From: Vitreimonas sp.
Lineage (GTDB): Bacteria > Patescibacteriota > Microgenomatia > UBA1400 > PJMF01
Length of the DNA: 64,000 nt
Direction of reading: 5' to 3'
Assembly: GCA_035627515.1 (NCBI GenBank)
Contig: DASPLQ010000012.1
Location: forward strand, 263,269-327,268
Under the pieces are notes generated by a model, which worked only from the letters and a program-made list of their open reading frames with translations, searched no databases and was not told the origin of the DNA. The translations under genes were made by a program, and so were the position numbers. This document shows, one piece after another, positions 10,351 to 19,502 of this stretch; the first letter of the stretch is position 1; the number at the start of each line of letters is the position of its first letter.

Positions 10351-10968
10351 TTACTGGGTATCACTAGACTTTAAAGTAGTATTAAAAATCATATGCTGCA
10401 TACTGCTTAAACATAGTATTGTTTCATGCCAGGTTTCAGTTTCAGGACATAATCCATTGTTTTCTAATAAGGTGTCATCAACTAAAGCGAGGGTTCTTTC
10501 AGCTTTTCTTAAGTTAAGTTGTAAATAAGCTAATTCCCATTGCTGTCGCCAGTGAGAAAGGGTGAAGATTAGTTCACTGATAATACCGCTAGCTACATTG
10601 TCCACAGATTTATTAAATAACGGATGTTCAATTATTTCCTCTATAATTTGTAGGCTAAGAACATCAAGGAGAGTATATAAAAATAAAGTTTTTTCACTTA
10701 AAGTTGAGGAGTTTTCTTGCTTGAGAAGATAATTTAAATACTCAGAAATTATCTCTGATGCTTCACTATAGTTATCTTTTACTGAAACAGTTTGAATAAT
10801 TCTCTGAATACGCTTTTCTCTAGTTATATCTTTATAGCTACGAAGCAGTAAAGGTGGCTTAGGAAAACTCTGAGAAATGTGAGCAAGAGTATGGAATATA
10901 AGACTTCTTAGCAGAAGTTTGCTGTTTTCATTACCCAGTTGGTCGAATTGATTATCTTTTTCTATCGT
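10351..10968 (-). CDS. Hypothetical protein (~205 aa) with ACG in place of the start codon (non-canonical start or pseudogene)
   Basis: Frame of the 10351..10605 ORF stays open upstream to a TAA near 10985; AGGAG (10980-10976) lies 7 nt before an in-frame ACG at 10968. Confidence 0.5.
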   Translation of the reverse strand, partial: TIEKDNQFDQLGNENSKLLLRSLIFHTLAHISQSFPKPPLLLRSYKDITREKRIQRIIQTVSVKDNYSEASEIISEYLNYLLKQENSSTLSEKTLFLYTLLDVLSLQIIEEIIEHPLFNKSVDNVASGIISELIFTLSHWRQQWELAYLQLNLRKAERTLALVDDTLLENNGLCPETETWHETILCLSSMQHMIFNTTLKSSDTQ

Positions 10969-11019
10969 AGTTATTCTCCTGAATTACCTCCAAAATTTCA
11001 GTGAACTTGGTGGCAGAGA

Positions 11020-11580
11020 CTAGTATGATTTGAACATTTGCTTTAACACCTCTGTGTCATGTTCACTTAAGGGAAAGTTAATTCTTTTTAGTGTTCTGTC
11101 TTCTCTATCATGGATCCGGCACACTATCTCGAATTTAGTTTGGCTTCTCACTCTATAATCTCGTATTAATATAGCTGCTAAAAGCTCAGTACTCCCAAAG
11201 ATTGATCTAGGATTAGGTGACTTTTTTTCTGTTTTGAGGTGTAAGGCTAAAGCCGGGGCAATTCCTACTTCTTTAGGATCAGTTAAAAACAAATTTATAT
11301 CTTGAGATGACAGTAAATCGATAAGTTCTGGCGTATCAATTTCTATTCCACCTATGTATTCATGTTTCTCAAAAACAAATTTGAGACTGAGTGATAAAGT
11401 ATCTCTCTCAGTCCTTAAAAGAATAATTTCGCTATTACCTACCTTGATTCTAAAGTTATCAGGTGTGCTTTTAGATAATGATAACTCTGCCCACCACTTT
11501 AAGAGGGTATTAAAAAATAAGATGAGTTCTTTTTTTAGTGATATATCTCTATGAGGATTTTCTGAAGGATTATTCACCAT
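11020..11580 (-). CDS. Hypothetical protein (AT-rich)
   Basis: 186-aa ORF preceded by TATAAT 6 nt upstream. Confidence 0.6.
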   Translation of the reverse strand: MVNNPSENPHRDISLKKELILFFNTLLKWWAELSLSKSTPDNFRIKVGNSEIILLRTERDTLSLSLKFVFEKHEYIGGIEIDTPELIDLLSSQDINLFLTDPKEVGIAPALALHLKTEKKSPNPRSIFGSTELLAAILIRDYRVRSQTKFEIVCRIHDREDRTLKRINFPLSEHDTEVLKQMFKSY

Positions 11581-11604
11581 TTTCAGATTATATCAAAAAG
11601 AATC

Positions 11605-11871
11605 CTACGAAAGCTTATAACCCTTTTTCCACCGTGGAGCGAAGCCTGCCATAAAGGCAAATAAATGAGCTTTGATGCGGTTTTCACCACGAGCGACAAT
11701 CGCCGCAATCATGGCATTTTTAAATTCTTTGAAATCAGTGCCCTGATAGTTGAGTTTTCCGTCACTGAAGCAATAAGTGCAAAATTTTTCGTGTTCGCGA
11801 TTCTCGCCTTTAGGATCTTTTGAAAATGGCATCAAACAACTCTCACAATTTCCCTGTAAAGATTTTTTCAT
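11605..11871 (-). CDS. Small zinc-ribbon protein
   Basis: 'CESCLMP...FCTYCFSDGK...PRWK'; start re-set to ATG 11871 after TATACT. Confidence 0.7.
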   Translation of the reverse strand: MKKSLQGNCESCLMPFSKDPKGENREHEKFCTYCFSDGKLNYQGTDFKEFKNAMIAAIVARGENRIKAHLFAFMAGFAPRWKKGYKLS

Positions 11872-11970
11872 ATAGAAGGAAGTATAACAAATGATCCAGT
11901 CGAGTTGCAGATCTGGAAGTGAAAACAACCCATTTTGACATAAAGACATATTTATGCTATATTCTGACAT

Positions 11971-12195
11971 ATGCAACTGATTAGAACCACTATTCGACTT
12001 CGTCCCCAACTTAAAAAGGCTGCTGAAATGAAAGCTTTAAAATTAAATATGACTTTCCAAGCCTTATTAGAAAAAGCTATCGAAGCCTATCTCTCTCAAG
12101 AGAGCCGACAACAAGCTCAAAAGCTAGTTTTTAAAGCCAGAGACCTAGGAACCCCTCTAGACCAGCTCGATCGAGAAGCTATCTATGCTGATTGA
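11971..12195 (+). CDS. Type II antitoxin (ribbon-helix-helix, VapB-like)
   Basis: 'RTTIRL...LKKAAEMKA' RHH pattern; overlaps PIN gene; GACATA direct repeats upstream. Confidence 0.75.
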   Translation: MQLIRTTIRLRPQLKKAAEMKALKLNMTFQALLEKAIEAYLSQESRQQAQKLVFKARDLGTPLDQLDREAIYAD

Positions 12196-12595
12196 TTCAA
12201 ATATTTTAATTTACTCTCTTAATCAAGCCTCACCTAAGTCTGTGGACTCACAAAAATTCCTTCAATCACAAACCCACATAGTTTTTGCTCAGCAAAATAT
12301 TTTTGAAACTTTGAGAATTTTGACTCATACCAAGTTTCCTAACCCTTTCTCTGTTAAGGAGGCTACTGAAGCTGTCCGGGCTCTAACTGACCAAGCCACG
12401 GTTATTTTTCCTACTTTGGAAACCTACGATTTAGCCTTGGAATTAATTCGAAAATATCAAATTACAGGCACTGAAATTTTTGATGCTTATTTAGTAGCCA
12501 CCGCTCTCAGCAACGGCATTGAAAAAATTGCTTCTGATAATACTAAACACTTACAGAAGTATAACGAAATAAAAGTGGTGAATCCTTTTAACTAA
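12185..12595 (+). CDS. PIN-domain (VapC-like) toxin
   Basis: 'IDSNILIY', 'IFE', 'IFDAYLVATA', 'SDN..H'. Confidence 0.85.
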   Translation: MLIDSNILIYSLNQASPKSVDSQKFLQSQTHIVFAQQNIFETLRILTHTKFPNPFSVKEATEAVRALTDQATVIFPTLETYDLALELIRKYQITGTEIFDAYLVATALSNGIEKIASDNTKHLQKYNEIKVVNPFN

Positions 12596-12631
12596 TCTGC
12601 AGGGACTTGTGGAGGATGTAGGAAGCTCTTT
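12595..12631 (+). repeat. att-like site beginning with a 12-bp copy of the tRNA-Trp 3' end
   Basis: ATCTGCAGGGAC at 12595-12606 is identical to 15270-15281; continues into the recurrent ...GGATGTAGGAAGCTCTTT motif. Confidence 0.6.
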
Positions 12632-12942
12632 TAACGATCTCTCAATACAAATGTCATACTAAGTGAGTCGCCTAAGTTGAGGTTTTCCTTTTTTCTCACC
12701 TTGGCAGGCAAGGCAATAAAGTGTGTGCCGTCACCCATTGGTAATAGTGAGGTGTTCCAACTACTTCCTCCAGCTGTCGCTGTAATAGCCACCAAACCTC
12801 TGTCTGCTACATCTTTAGTTAGTTCAGTATATTTCTTGGGAACCCGAACAAAAAACCAACCCCCTTTTTGAGGAAAGAGCTCAATTTCACCTTTTACTGT
12901 AAAAACTTCTTCCTTATCAACTATTATTGGTGATTTGATCAT
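12631..12942 (-). CDS. DUF1905 domain protein
   Basis: 'GGWFFVRVP', 'WNTSLLPMGDGTHFIALPAKVRKKE'. Confidence 0.8.
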   Translation of the reverse strand: MIKSPIIVDKEEVFTVKGEIELFPQKGGWFFVRVPKKYTELTKDVADRGLVAITATAGGSSWNTSLLPMGDGTHFIALPAKVRKKENLNLGDSLSMTFVLRDR

Positions 12943-12979
12943 AATTTGGTCCCTACTACTTAATGATATACTTAATCCG

Positions 12980-14398
12980 GTGAAAAAAGTAACCAGTCTT
13001 GAATACATAAAAGCTTTTACTAAAGACTATATAGCTCTCCTGGTATGTGGGTTGATCGGCGTTGGCATAGTGACAGTGAGTTACTTTGCTCGGTTAGATG
13101 GATCGCGATCATCAACTGATGCATATGTTCCTTTGCATTTAACTCCTGTGGAAGTGGCAGTTTTACTTCAGAAACCTGACTCAACCAAAGTTCTCAGATT
13201 AAGTTCAGATAAGGTAACTGTAGGGACAACTGTTTACCCCTTGAAGCTAACTGAGCCACCACTCGATTCATCACCTTCCTTAGTCAAGTATAAAGGCACC
13301 TTTTATTGGCTTGGGTCTAACTCTTGGGAAAAGTACTATGCTATTTACACCGTGCCTAAGTCAGATCTGGAACGTGAATTGGATAGAACAGTTACGAAGG
13401 AAGAAATAGATACTGAATATTTTGTTAATCATAGAGTGTCTCTGGTTTCAGAGCACGTCTGGTTTTATCTCATTTTTGAGAGTGTTGTTATAGGTGGAAT
13501 TTTATATTGGTATTGGTGGTTGGTTTACCGAGTATTGAAAAAAAGAATTTCCTGGTGGCTATTCATTCCAGGCTTCACTTTGTCTGGAATATTCGTTTTC
13601 ATTACGGTGCTTATTTACTCACCGGCATTTTTTGACGGTGATTTTTTCTACCAGCGGATTGTATTAGAGGAACTATTCATACTTTCTTTTTTTACTACCC
13701 CACTCCTCTTTTTTTTGAGTGTTATCTGCTGCTTGATTTGGGGTATTTTATATATGTTCCAACCGACAGGAAATTTAAAGTTAGCAAAAACGCATAATTA
13801 TAAAGTTGCCGGGGTGTTATTATTCATAATCTGCCTGCAGCTACTGATAGATTATCGTAGTTTTGTCTCTGAGCGTACCTATACAAACCAAGCCTTAACT
13901 GCCATAGTCAATGATTTAGATACTGCTACGCTTCAGCAAATTAAACAACATCCTTTTTTAAACACCGCCCCAGAAACTGAGAACTTATATTATAAGCAAT
14001 TACCGGACGAATTAAGTGACATATTTGCATCTCTAACAAAGAGTGAGTATGCTGTGCGAGGAAATAGTGTTTCTATCAGCATCGGTTTGCTGGGAGAAGA
14101 AAAAGGATTATTTTTGTGGAATCGTCCTGATTCACTTTCTTATGCTGATGTTAGAACACCTTTCCCAGATCCAGCATTAGCTCCTGTGGTAAAAACTCCC
14201 AACTTAAGAAAAGCTATTTATGAAAAAACTGCGTATCAAACTTCTTTTATACGATATTTGTCTAGACCTTATGTAGCTAGTAAAGTGATTAGTGATGAAG
14301 ATGGGTCTGTTCAAGCAATTGTTGTGAGTCATTCTGAATTTGATTCCAAGAGATTTTCGCTATTTAGAGTCATTGCTTCCCTGCTCTGGTTTTGGTAA
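12980..14398 (+). CDS. Multi-pass membrane protein, hypothetical
   Basis: Several TM segments; start placed at GTG 12980, 7 nt after TATACT. Confidence 0.65.
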   Translation: MKKVTSLEYIKAFTKDYIALLVCGLIGVGIVTVSYFARLDGSRSSTDAYVPLHLTPVEVAVLLQKPDSTKVLRLSSDKVTVGTTVYPLKLTEPPLDSSPSLVKYKGTFYWLGSNSWEKYYAIYTVPKSDLERELDRTVTKEEIDTEYFVNHRVSLVSEHVWFYLIFESVVIGGILYWYWWLVYRVLKKRISWWLFIPGFTLSGIFVFITVLIYSPAFFDGDFFYQRIVLEELFILSFFTTPLLFFLSVICCLIWGILYMFQPTGNLKLAKTHNYKVAGVLLFIICLQLLIDYRSFVSERTYTNQALTAIVNDLDTATLQQIKQHPFLNTAPETENLYYKQLPDELSDIFASLTKSEYAVRGNSVSISIGLLGEEKGLFLWNRPDSLSYADVRTPFPDPALAPVVKTPNLRKAIYEKTAYQTSFIRYLSRPYVASKVISDEDGSVQAIVVSHSEFDSKRFSLFRVIASLLWFW

Positions 14399-14457
14399 AT
14401 TAACCCTTCACGTAAGTTAGGAATGCCAGGAACTGGTAAACGACATGAGAAGCTATT

Positions 14458-14781
14458 TTATTTCTTAGAAGCAAACACCATTTTTGCTCTTTGGTCTTCC
14501 CACTCCAGTAAAAAGCCATTTCTTTCCAAAACAGTTTGAGACCAGCTATTTATAAGTACGTACATAATTTCAACTTCATATATATTTCTTGGTAAAAGAA
14601 AAAGACCAGCTACCAGTTGCAGTTTTATATTTCTTACGAAGTATATTTCAGTTGCTCTATGTGCTCCTAACAAAGCTATCCCTTGCTGCGACCAAGCTTT
14701 TTCTAAAACCCTATAGTCTCGGTCATGTTTAACTATACCTCTAGGAAAATTAATTCTATTTAAGACAAATTCGTAAGACAT
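14458..14781 (-). CDS. Hypothetical protein translationally coupled to the DpnI-like gene
   Basis: TAATG stop/start overlap at 14781. Confidence 0.5.
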   Translation of the reverse strand: MSYEFVLNRINFPRGIVKHDRDYRVLEKAWSQQGIALLGAHRATEIYFVRNIKLQLVAGLFLLPRNIYEVEIMYVLINSWSQTVLERNGFLLEWEDQRAKMVFASKK

Positions 14782-15245
14782 TATTTCAGAAGAATGATTC
14801 TTTCTTTAACACGCTCTAAATCATAGGTTACTCCCTGCCAACCTGCTCTTCTAGCCTTTTGAGAAAGTGGCTTTCTAGGTATAAACATTTCAGGAGTTTG
14901 CAATTCAGCAGGCAGATATAGAACTGAGTACTTAGGCTGTTTTATAGCAATAGTATTTTTATCAATTAGAACAATGAATAAAGAAAAATAACGGCCATCA
15001 TCCATTCGTTCTTTTAGCGGTTCCCAAGCTGCTCCAATAATTTTTTTAGGTACAGTTGTTATATCAGTGGTTGAAACCGTTTTAACCTGAGCTAAATAGC
15101 CGCAGTAGTCACAAATGATGTCTGCACATTTGAAGTTTTGACGCAACTCTTTGAGGGTTTTATGTTTTTTGCAGCTTGGGCAAGGCAATGTCTTGGCGAT
15201 TAGTTTTTCACCCAGTGTTCCCAGTAATTGTTTTGAAGTCGGCAC
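14781..15245 (-). CDS. DpnI-like (Dam-replacing) PD-(D/E)XK endonuclease, catalytic domain only
   Basis: CPSC...CADIICDYC...QVK zinc/PD-xK core; 'RKPLSQKARRAGWQG' signature. Confidence 0.8.
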   Translation of the reverse strand: MPTSKQLLGTLGEKLIAKTLPCPSCKKHKTLKELRQNFKCADIICDYCGYLAQVKTVSTTDITTVPKKIIGAAWEPLKERMDDGRYFSLFIVLIDKNTIAIKQPKYSVLYLPAELQTPEMFIPRKPLSQKARRAGWQGVTYDLERVKERIILLK

Positions 15246-15274
15246 AAAAAGATTATATCAAAAAGCATCATCTG

Positions 15275-15345
15275 CAGGGACGTCAGGATTCGAACCTGAA
15301 AAAGCAGTTTTGGAGACTGCTGTGATACCATTTCACCACGCCCCT
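15275..15345 (-). tRNA. tRNA-Trp(CCA)
   Basis: Acceptor AGGGGCG/CGTCCCT, anticodon arm GCAGT-CTCCAAA-ACTGC, GGTTCGAATCC T-arm. Confidence 0.95.
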
Positions 15346-15787
15346 AAGTTTGTTCCATCAACATCTTATACTTCCACGAACCAGCTTCTTTTGCTGTTTT
15401 CCTTCTGTGACAATTAGCACAGCGCACTTCACATTTTTCGATTTCTTTTTCACAGGTTTGTACAGAATGTCTATTTCTGTACATTTGAGCAATTCCCCAT
15501 TTTTTATCTCTTAAATGATCAAAATCTAAAACCAGGATATCCTTCTCACCACAATCCTTGCACTTTGATTGAGATAGTTTATTGAAAAGGTATTTAGATA
15601 AAACTTCTCGTTGCTTTTGGTTCCATGTAAAAGCTTTAGCAATATACTTTTTCTTGTTATTTGAATAATGCTGTTTTCTATATGCAGAATGGCAATCTTT
15701 ACAAATCGTGTGCCTAATATCTTTTCCTTTATTTTTTAAGGAAAATGCCTCCGGACCCTTTTCAAGATAACATTTATTACAGAGCAT
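15344..15787 (-). CDS. HNH endonuclease with two zinc ribbons (free-standing homing-endonuclease-like)
   Basis: CNKC..CKDC; 'CKDCGE..LDFDH...EIEKCEVRCANCHRRKT'; stop codon overlaps the tRNA 5' end. Confidence 0.8.
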   Translation of the reverse strand: MLCNKCYLEKGPEAFSLKNKGKDIRHTICKDCHSAYRKQHYSNNKKKYIAKAFTWNQKQREVLSKYLFNKLSQSKCKDCGEKDILVLDFDHLRDKKWGIAQMYRNRHSVQTCEKEIEKCEVRCANCHRRKTAKEAGSWKYKMLMEQT

Positions 15788-15845
15788 AAAATGCTTCCAA
15801 AATTAATTGCTAAGTGTCCGGCAGTTCACAAGCAAAACAGTATTT

Positions 15846-15893
15846 AGTTAAAGAGCTGTAGCGTATTATACGAGGCAGACTGAGTTTGATCAA
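15846..15893 (-). promoter_or_regulatory. Promoter plus boxA-like antitermination site for HNH/tRNA-Trp
   Basis: TTGATC-17-TATAAT followed by GCTCTTTAACT. Confidence 0.6.
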
Positions 15894-15930
15894 TTTTCAA
15901 TCTCATCTTTTGGGACTACAATGAATTCCT

Positions 15931-17241
15931 ATGCCACGTTTAGATCCTCAGCTGGAAGCTCTGTTAGAACAAGATAAATTACATCTGGAAAATACCCAAA
16001 TTCCCATGGTGACCGTTTCGGCTACCTTTCGGGAGGATTTGAAGGGTTGGTATGGTTTAGCTGAGGACGACAACATCCCTGACGTCGTCCTCTCTCGAGC
16101 ACACTTCAGTATGGCTATGGGCGTGGCCATCGAGGCCTGGGGTAAAAAAGTAAATCCTGATAAAGCTTGGCTGGTGGATCCCACTAACTATGTCTCCAGC
16201 CGGGACTGGAAAAGTTTGCAGCTCACCCAAAGCGTAGGCCGTCTCCTCGCTCGCCAACCGCTCCTCAAAATGGTCAAAGATGTCATCGATCGCTTCGGGA
16301 GGCAAAAATTGCCCATTTTAAAAAGTATTACGCCACCAATCGTGCATTTATTTGAACGAGTTGATAAGCCTGTTTTGTCTTTGCACATCGCCGCCGGCAA
16401 CATTTTAGTAGAGCATGGTAAACACGTTATTCAAGTCATCACCGACCCTCATGTTCGGGATGATTATTTGACCAATGCTGACAATTCCAGGATCACCTTT
16501 TGTGTTTTTGATGACCGCACTAAATTGGAGTTTTTAGAAAAAGCAGCGGTGAGAGGTTTGAAAGTTGATCCTGATAAAGTCATCGTCACCGGTCCTCCAC
16601 TCGATCCCCGCGTTCGTGAGCAACGCTTTCATAAATCAGCCTGGAAAGGCCATCGGCCACTGCGCCTGTGCATCACTACGGGCGGTCTCGGCACCAACAA
16701 AGATGAAATTCACCGTATTTTGGAACAAATGTTGCCGGAGTTGCGACGACAACACCCCCTCTACCAAATCCTGGTCTATGCCGGCACCCAAACTGATATC
16801 GCCAAAATGAGCCGAGATCTAGCTCACCAGCACCGGGTTAAGATTGGTGGTCAAAGTGATGCTCGTGCTCTATTCAGAATTTTGTATCATCCCCAGATTG
16901 TCGATGCCAACGAACTCCTGATCGAATATGGCTTCCCCTGGGCGGATGGTTTCATCAGTAAACCCTCGGGCGACATGGCCTACGACGCCGCTGCCGCTGG
17001 CTGCTTCCTACTCACTTTAGCTGAATGGGGTGAATGGGAACACAATATCCGTGAAATTTTTGTCCAAAAAGGCATTGCTCAGAAAGCCGAGACCGATCAC
17101 ATTGTGGCTCAACTCAGCGTCTTAACACAGAGAATTGATGACTCTAACTGGGTAGAAAATGCCCAGTGCGCTGCCCTGGAAATTGATGAGTTATTCCTCA
17201 ATGGAAGTCAGAAAATTTTAGCCAGCGTGCTTGAGCGGTAA
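15931..17241 (+). CDS. GT-B glycosyltransferase, MGDG synthase/UgtP-like
   Basis: 'VITD', 'VIVTGPP', 'TGGLG', 'ISKPSG', 'E.E.N' sugar-nucleotide motifs. Confidence 0.65.
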   Translation: MPRLDPQLEALLEQDKLHLENTQIPMVTVSATFREDLKGWYGLAEDDNIPDVVLSRAHFSMAMGVAIEAWGKKVNPDKAWLVDPTNYVSSRDWKSLQLTQSVGRLLARQPLLKMVKDVIDRFGRQKLPILKSITPPIVHLFERVDKPVLSLHIAAGNILVEHGKHVIQVITDPHVRDDYLTNADNSRITFCVFDDRTKLEFLEKAAVRGLKVDPDKVIVTGPPLDPRVREQRFHKSAWKGHRPLRLCITTGGLGTNKDEIHRILEQMLPELRRQHPLYQILVYAGTQTDIAKMSRDLAHQHRVKIGGQSDARALFRILYHPQIVDANELLIEYGFPWADGFISKPSGDMAYDAAAAGCFLLTLAEWGEWEHNIREIFVQKGIAQKAETDHIVAQLSVLTQRIDDSNWVENAQCAALEIDELFLNGSQKILASVLER

Positions 17242-18357
17242 CGGGAACTGAGCCGGTTCAGATTGAGGCGCTGGCACCCCCTGCGACATTTCAGCATACG
17301 TCTCTAACGCCAGAATGATGTGCTCGCGATCTTTATTACGTTGTTGCTCATCCATCTCACTATATGGTTTCTTTTGAATTAAATGAACTGGATCTTGGCT
17401 ATCTTTTATCCAATTCCAATTGCGCTCTAACCACTTGATATGGATCTGCTCAGCTAACTCCTCCACCAACTGCCAATCAACTTTTCGACCGGCTTCCAGA
17501 GCAGTATGTACTAAATTAAATGCGAGCTCGGCTGCCAAATTATTTTCACGCTGTTGATCTTCAGATAGCTCTTCATTTTTCAAGTTCATGATGTCCACTT
17601 CAAAACCCTGAGACGTTTCCTTCCACTTCCCTGGGAACATATCAGCTGGAAACTTGGCTTTAGTCTGAGCGATGTACTCTTGATCAACTTGGCGTTGCCT
17701 GTCACCTTCATCACCTTCTGCATATTTACCTCGAACGGGCTTATAACGGTTGGCACGAGGGTCACTCATTTGCCAAGAGTGATGAATTTTATTGGCTAAC
17801 ACGGTTTTTACGTGCTGCTGAAAACCTGGGTCGGCAATCGGTTTTTCGAGCTGAGCGCCAACTGCTTTTGTTCGAGCTTGGTATTCTTGGGCCCGCATCT
17901 CATCCAACTCCACTGCTAAACGTAGTGCATCGTTTAACCCTACGGCAGCCAGCTGTTTAGAAAGCGTTGTCATTTTTAGATCCAAAACTTTTAGTTGTTC
18001 GCCATCCATCTCAGACCATTGCGAACTAAACTTCATTAAATTGGGTAGTTCATTGAGAGTCCGCATCAGGATTTGTTCCTGCTTCTTTTTGGTTTGAAAC
18101 TTGTCATCATTATCGCGGACGTGTGTGTCAGGGTGGAGCCAGGCAGGCATTTTGAAACGTGAGATGGCGCGCGATTCGTGTTTGAGTTGTTGGCGTGGAA
18201 GTAGTTTTTCACGCTCTTGAATTAAGAGTGCCATGTCACGGCGCACTTCCAGCAATTTTTGTTGAAGGTGGGTACGAAAATCGAGCCACTTCGGCGATTC
18301 CGTAGCTTGAGATTGTGTGAGTTCAGGAATAAAAATGTGCGCTTCATCACTTACCAT
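17218..18357 (-). CDS. Coiled-coil protein with RyR-repeat-like domain
   Basis: 'LAEQIHIKWL...PYSEMDEQQRNKDR' and a second copy 'LANKIHHSW...ELSEDQQREN'. Confidence 0.55.
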   Translation of the reverse strand: MVSDEAHIFIPELTQSQATESPKWLDFRTHLQQKLLEVRRDMALLIQEREKLLPRQQLKHESRAISRFKMPAWLHPDTHVRDNDDKFQTKKKQEQILMRTLNELPNLMKFSSQWSEMDGEQLKVLDLKMTTLSKQLAAVGLNDALRLAVELDEMRAQEYQARTKAVGAQLEKPIADPGFQQHVKTVLANKIHHSWQMSDPRANRYKPVRGKYAEGDEGDRQRQVDQEYIAQTKAKFPADMFPGKWKETSQGFEVDIMNLKNEELSEDQQRENNLAAELAFNLVHTALEAGRKVDWQLVEELAEQIHIKWLERNWNWIKDSQDPVHLIQKKPYSEMDEQQRNKDREHIILALETYAEMSQGVPAPQSEPAQFPLPLKHAG

Positions 18358-18395
18358 GTAGTTATGGTATCACATCTGGAAGAAAGAGCGAAAAC

Positions 18396-18599
18396 TTATT
18401 TTAATTTCTTGCTCATGACGTGCTCAGTGCTCTTTTGGCAACGTTTGCAGTACTTCATGAGAGGAAAGGTGGATTCACCAGTAGTTTGTTTTTTGAGTTG
18501 TTCGTTTTGTTTGTTGTACTCAGTAATGTAATTAAAGTTGTTACAGACTTTACATTTTAAGCCAGTTGCTTGACGTGGGCCTTTTTTCTTTTTTGCCAT
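18396..18599 (-). CDS. rpmG: 50S ribosomal protein L33 (zinc-binding form)
   Basis: 'LKCKVC...NYIT..NK.N...KYCKRCQKSTEH'. Confidence 0.9.
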   Translation of the reverse strand: MAKKKKGPRQATGLKCKVCNNFNYITEYNKQNEQLKKQTTGESTFPLMKYCKRCQKSTEHVMSKKLK

Positions 18600-18682
18600 A
18601 GATACCTTACTTTAAAAATGGTCGCTATTTGAAATCTGCATCTTTTGCAGAAGCGTAGTATACACAATCAGAGTGATTTTAT

Positions 18683-19297
18683 CTAGTCAGCCTTCTGGGT
18701 GGCGTTCTCAGGTGAGTTGGCTTTTATAAAGTGTAAGCCAAGACCAACCTCAGGATGAGCAACTGCAACTTCTAAAGTAAGCACGCGCACATCTTCACCT
18801 AAAAAGCGGGTATCTATTGCCACTATCTCTCCCCCCTCGAGTGGATAAAGATATCTTTCAAACTGTGGGTGCTGGCGCAACTGACTAAAAGGTGTGCCGG
18901 CAGCGACATTTGGAAGTGGTTGCAAGAGTACAGAGTGCTCATTTTTCGCAATAGTAGTCACACTTTTACCCATATTTACCAGACACACCTTATCTTTTTG
19001 AGTTAAAAAAGCAAGGTGATAACGGCTAATCTGACTATTCGCCATTTTGCCATACAGATATTTCCATCGTTCATCCTCGACATCTGTCTTATCTCCAACT
19101 TTAACCCCTGCCCGCCCTATTTGCAGACCTTGAGTTAGCTCGCTTGGAGTAAAAACAATGTCACTGGTTCGAAAAATTTCCTTGAGAAGTCCTTTTTGGT
19201 GGAGCAACAACGTTGTTTCTGGATCTAAAAGATCTGTCATCAACGGATCTCCAAGAAATACAGATTCAATTGAGGGCTTTACTTGTATTCTTTCCAT
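18683..19297 (-). CDS. FHA-domain protein
   Basis: 'IGR...SQISRYHL...LVN' FHA signature. Confidence 0.6.
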   Translation of the reverse strand: MERIQVKPSIESVFLGDPLMTDLLDPETTLLLHQKGLLKEIFRTSDIVFTPSELTQGLQIGRAGVKVGDKTDVEDERWKYLYGKMANSQISRYHLAFLTQKDKVCLVNMGKSVTTIAKNEHSVLLQPLPNVAAGTPFSQLRQHPQFERYLYPLEGGEIVAIDTRFLGEDVRVLTLEVAVAHPEVGLGLHFIKANSPENATQKAD

Positions 19298-19396
19298 AAC
19301 AACAAAAGATTGTACACATTAACTACATATAAATGAAGTCCAAATAAGGCTTGAGTCAGCCGAGAAAAAAGAGGAATCTAGCCTGAAAGAAAGCTT

Positions 19397-19473
19397 TGGA
19401 GCCTTCTCAGGGATTCGAACCCTGGACCTCCTGTTTACAAAACAGGCGCTCTAACCAGCTGAGCTAAGAAGGC
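19397..19473 (-). tRNA. tRNA-Thr(TGT)
   Basis: GCCTTCT/AGAAGGC acceptor, CCTGT-TTTGTAA-ACAGG, encoded CCA. Confidence 0.95.
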
Positions 19474-19502
19474 AAAGATCAGAAGCAGATTATAGCAAAC
19501 TA

